A stretch of 38,365 nucleotides of DNA. Source: a virus. Taxonomy: Duplodnaviria > Heunggongvirae > Uroviricota > Caudoviricetes. The notes below the pieces were generated by a model. It did not search any database and was not told where the DNA came from. It saw nothing but the letters and a program-made list of their open reading frames with translations. This document shows, piece after piece, positions 35,607 through 38,365 of this stretch. The translations under genes and the position numbers were made by a program. Position 1 is the stretch's first letter, and every line of letters begins with the position of its first letter. The DNA is taken from the IMG/VR virus record IMGVR_UViG_2778261245_000001, positions 1-38,365 of that record; one strand, given 5' to 3'.

Positions 35607-36440
35607 ATGCATGTTTTTGATAATAATGGAATTGAACTGAAAGCTGAGTGTTCGATAGGTGAAGAGGATGGTGTTTATGGTCTAATCCTTGAGTCGTGGG
35701 GGCCGGGTGACAGAAACAAAGATTACAATATCGCTCTTGATTATATCATTGAACGGTTGGTTGATTCTGGTGTATCCCAAGTCGTAGTATATCTGGCGTC
35801 ATCATCAGTCAGAAAACATATGCATTCTTTGGATGAAAGAAAAATCCATCCTGGTGAATATTTTACTTTGATTGGTAATAGCCCCCGCGATATACGCTTG
35901 AAGATGTGTGGTTATCAGGCTTATTTTAGTCGTACGGGGAGAAAGGAAATTCCTTCCGGCAATAGAACGAAACGAATATTGATAAATGTCCCAGGTATTT
36001 ATAGTGACAGTTTTTGGGCGTCTATAATACGTGGAGAACTATCAGAGCTTTCACAGCCTACAGATGATGAATCGCTTCTGAATATGAGGGTTAGTAAATT
36101 AATTAAGAAAACGTTGAGTCAACCCGAGGGCTCCAGGAAACCAGTTGAGGTAGAAAGACTACAAAAAGTTTATGTCCGAGACCCGATGGTAAAAGCTTGG
36201 ATTTTACAGCAAAGTAAAGGTATATGTGAAAACTGTGGTAAAAATGCTCCGTTTTATTTAAATGATGGAAACCCATATTTGGAAGTGCATCATGTAATTC
36301 CCCTGTCTTCAGGTGGTGCTGATACAACAGATAACTGTGTTGCCCTTTGTCCGAATTGCCATAGAGAATTGCACTATAGTAAAAATGCAAAAGAACTAAT
36401 CGAGATGCTTTACGTTAATATAAACCGATTACAGAAATAA
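35607..36440 (+). CDS. mcrA: McrA-like HNH endonuclease (modified-cytosine restriction)
   Basis: 277 aa, AT-rich; C-terminal CENCGKNAPFYLNDGNPYLEVHHVIPLSSGGADTTDNCVALCPNCH HNH motif; same length and position (after pin, before icd fragment) as mcrA of e14; N-terminus MHVFDNNGIEL as recalled for McrA. Confidence 0.8.
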   Translation: MHVFDNNGIELKAECSIGEEDGVYGLILESWGPGDRNKDYNIALDYIIERLVDSGVSQVVVYLASSSVRKHMHSLDERKIHPGEYFTLIGNSPRDIRLKMCGYQAYFSRTGRKEIPSGNRTKRILINVPGIYSDSFWASIIRGELSELSQPTDDESLLNMRVSKLIKKTLSQPEGSRKPVEVERLQKVYVRDPMVKAWILQQSKGICENCGKNAPFYLNDGNPYLEVHHVIPLSSGGADTTDNCVALCPNCHRELHYSKNAKELIEMLYVNINRLQK

Positions 36441-36673
36441 AATTATTTATTAAAGTCACATTTAAGACGTAATACCCTACAGGGTAAAAATTTTCTCTGA
36501 TCTTAACTTCTGCAAATGTTAACTGCTATTTTTATGCTAAAAATGGTTATCAAAACTCAAAAACACATGTTTATAATCAATGAGTTATAGAAATGCTAAG
36601 GGCTAATGAGTTATATGCAAATTAGTAAAATTATGTTGCTATGTCAAATAGTTACGATTTAGTCATCTAACTA

Positions 36674-36838
36674 ATGTTACGCCATATGGGTTGGACTGAA
36701 GCGGCTGACCTGATTGTTAAAGGTATGGAAGGCGCAATCAATGCCAAGACCGTAACCTATGACTTCGAACGTCTGATGGAAGGCGCTAAACTGCTGAAAT
36801 GTTCAGAGTTTGGTGACGCGATCATCAAGAACATGTAA
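36674..36838 (+). pseudogene. icd: Displaced 3-prime fragment of isocitrate dehydrogenase gene (icdC-like), marking the prophage right junction
   Basis: Encodes (M)[53 protein letters not shown], matching the Icd C-terminus; homology begins abruptly at about 36671 after AT-rich phage DNA. Confidence 0.85.
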
Positions 36839-36861
36839 TCACTACATGTGTTAAATATTTA

Positions 36862-36890
36862 AACGGGCGTATAATACGCCCGTTGTTTTA
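36862..36890 (+). terminator. icd transcription terminator
   Basis: Perfect 10-bp stem AACGGGCGTA / TACGCCCGTT with loop TAA followed by GTTTTATTTAT. Confidence 0.8.
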
Positions 36891-36940
36891 TTTATGTGGA
36901 TATTATTAATAGCATATCGAGCATATTTATATAAAACCTA

Positions 36941-37264
36941 TTACTTGAGCCCATATGGGCATATTTTTATAATACAACTCTTATGCAAACATTTATTTGT
37001 TATTTCGCTTTCTCCTGGAGGACACTCTTGACAGCTTTTGAGTAAACTCCATAAATTCTTGTTGAATGGTGCAATGTTATAAATAGTAATAGGGTATTCT
37101 TTATCCTTAAGGATAATACCAGGCTTAACCGGTGTAAATATACTTCCAGGAGGAAGAAATATAGTAGATTGATACCAGATGATCATTTTCATATCACCCC
37201 ATATGGCTGAAAAAGATATGCCGCATGTAGGTTGAATTACCGTGTCAATTACTACCCACTTCAT
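36941..37264 (-). CDS. iraM: Anti-adaptor protein IraM (RssB inhibitor)
   Basis: 107 aa; [41 protein letters not shown] matches IraM as recalled; position between icd fragment and ycgX as in E. coli K-12. Confidence 0.75.
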   Translation of the reverse strand: MKWVVIDTVIQPTCGISFSAIWGDMKMIIWYQSTIFLPPGSIFTPVKPGIILKDKEYPITIYNIAPFNKNLWSLLKSCQECPPGESEITNKCLHKSCIIKICPYGLK

Positions 37265-37722
37265 TTGTTATGTCTTATCCCACGGTATTTAATATAGTTC
37301 ATTTGGATGTTCATTTCTTTATTTTGCATATGAGTATATTACCCTTCAAAAAAAATAAATTAATTAAAACGATTGCTTATATAAAACAAAACTTAAAGCA
37401 AGGAATCTCAATGGATGTTAAACAAAATGAGATTTAGTGAAAACAATAAATTATTCACTTCGTTTTAGATTTGTTTAGCTATAATGTTATACATTCAAAT
37501 GACTGAACATCCTGTAATTAAAACATAGCCTTTATGCTACTTTGTGCCAATTTGCTAAACATTATGGTTGCCTTTTTATATAACGATAATAATGAATATA
37601 AGCATGACATGAGAATAAGGTTTCAATTTTTGAGTTATATAGGAAAGGTTTAACCTGTTCCTGGCTAAAATACATATAACTGGATGATGACTAAACCAAA
37701 ACACATGTGCGTTAAGTATTGA

Positions 37723-37750
37723 AACGGGCGTATGGCACGCCCGTTGGTTT
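37723..37750 (+). terminator. Second copy of the icd-terminator-like hairpin
   Basis: Stem AACGGGCGT / ACGCCCGTT, loop ATGGC, followed by GGTTTTAT; about 55 nt including upstream ACATGTG..TTAA.TATT is roughly 85 percent identical to 36845-36895. Confidence 0.6.
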
Positions 37751-37960
37751 TATAAATATGTTAACCGTTATAAAATAACGTATAGAAAGTCAAGTGATCA
37801 CATTTCAAATATCAATTTGATAGTATTGGCCTGGTGATTATTTATGGGTAGCAATAAAAGGACCGTATTTATCATCCATAGGGATAGTCTCTGTACTTTT
37901 ATTCCCATTATGCTAATGCCTTACTGAATTATGAAGCATTTCTTAAGCATCCAACTTTAG

Positions 37961-38365
37961 CTAGATTAATGGTTTATTATTTTCTACATCTTCAATATAT
38001 AAAAGCGTATTATCAATGGCGTAGTAACTGCGTTTGTTATGATTAACATCAGTAACCCAACGAAAAACGCCCGCGCCTGCCAGTGTTGAACAGTATTCCC
38101 GAAATGTAGATTTTCCGCAAATATGAAGCAATGCGGCCTCTTTTATTTTAGCAGGGTTCTTGATCGTACTAACTTTTAACAGGTTCCTGGTTCCTCTTAA
38201 TAACAAAACCGTGTCATCGTGAGTAATAATTCTGATGTTATCCGTAGCCAGATAATAAATGTAATGTGCAATACGGTGATGTTTTAATTCTGAATAAAAC
38301 CAGGAGAAGTTTTGCTCTTTTCTCACTTGCTCAAACATCTTTTGAAAAACAACGACCTGATCCAT
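37961..38365 (-). CDS. ycgX: YcgX-like protein (DUF1398), host gene
   Basis: 134 aa complete ORF ending at the window edge; length and position after iraM match ycgX of E. coli K-12. Confidence 0.55.
   Translation of the reverse strand: MDQVVVFQKMFEQVRKEQNFSWFYSELKHHRIAHYIYYLATDNIRIITHDDTVLLLRGTRNLLKVSTIKNPAKIKEAALLHICGKSTFREYCSTLAGAGVFRWVTDVNHNKRSYYAIDNTLLYIEDVENNKPLI

Overview
The window is almost entirely one intact, mosaic temperate prophage (about 1-36670) followed by host chromosome. All homology calls are from reading the translations against remembered protein families; no database search was run. Coordinates of hairpins and repeats I derived by eye are approximate (about +/-2 nt). 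The prophage has lambda-like integration, immunity and lysis modules (int, xis, CI/Cro, antiterminator Q, S-R-Rz-Rz1 with R nearly identical to lambda R), an HK97-type head and packaging module (HNH, TerS, TerL, portal, protease, capsid), and a Mu-type contractile tail and baseplate ending in a Pin-type invertible tail-fibre segment and mcrA. The gene order matches the E. coli e14 element, but with the late and structural genes that e14 in K-12 has lost. The right flank is host: a displaced icd 3-prime fragment with its terminator, iraM and ycgX. The strongest candidate for an undescribed system is an AT-rich, opposite-strand two-gene cassette at 9355-11557, inserted between Q and the late promoter: a YejK/NdpA-family nucleoid-associated protein homolog translationally coupled to a protein with a C-terminal transmembrane hairpin. 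Other accessory loci worth a look are a convergent gene pair between xis and cI, a LexA-DNA-binding-domain-only protein, an opposite-strand OB-fold membrane-anchored gene inside the tail module, and a cluster of small terminator-bounded genes between lysis and packaging that includes an ORF with an in-frame amber codon. I saw no CRISPR array, rRNA or tRNA.
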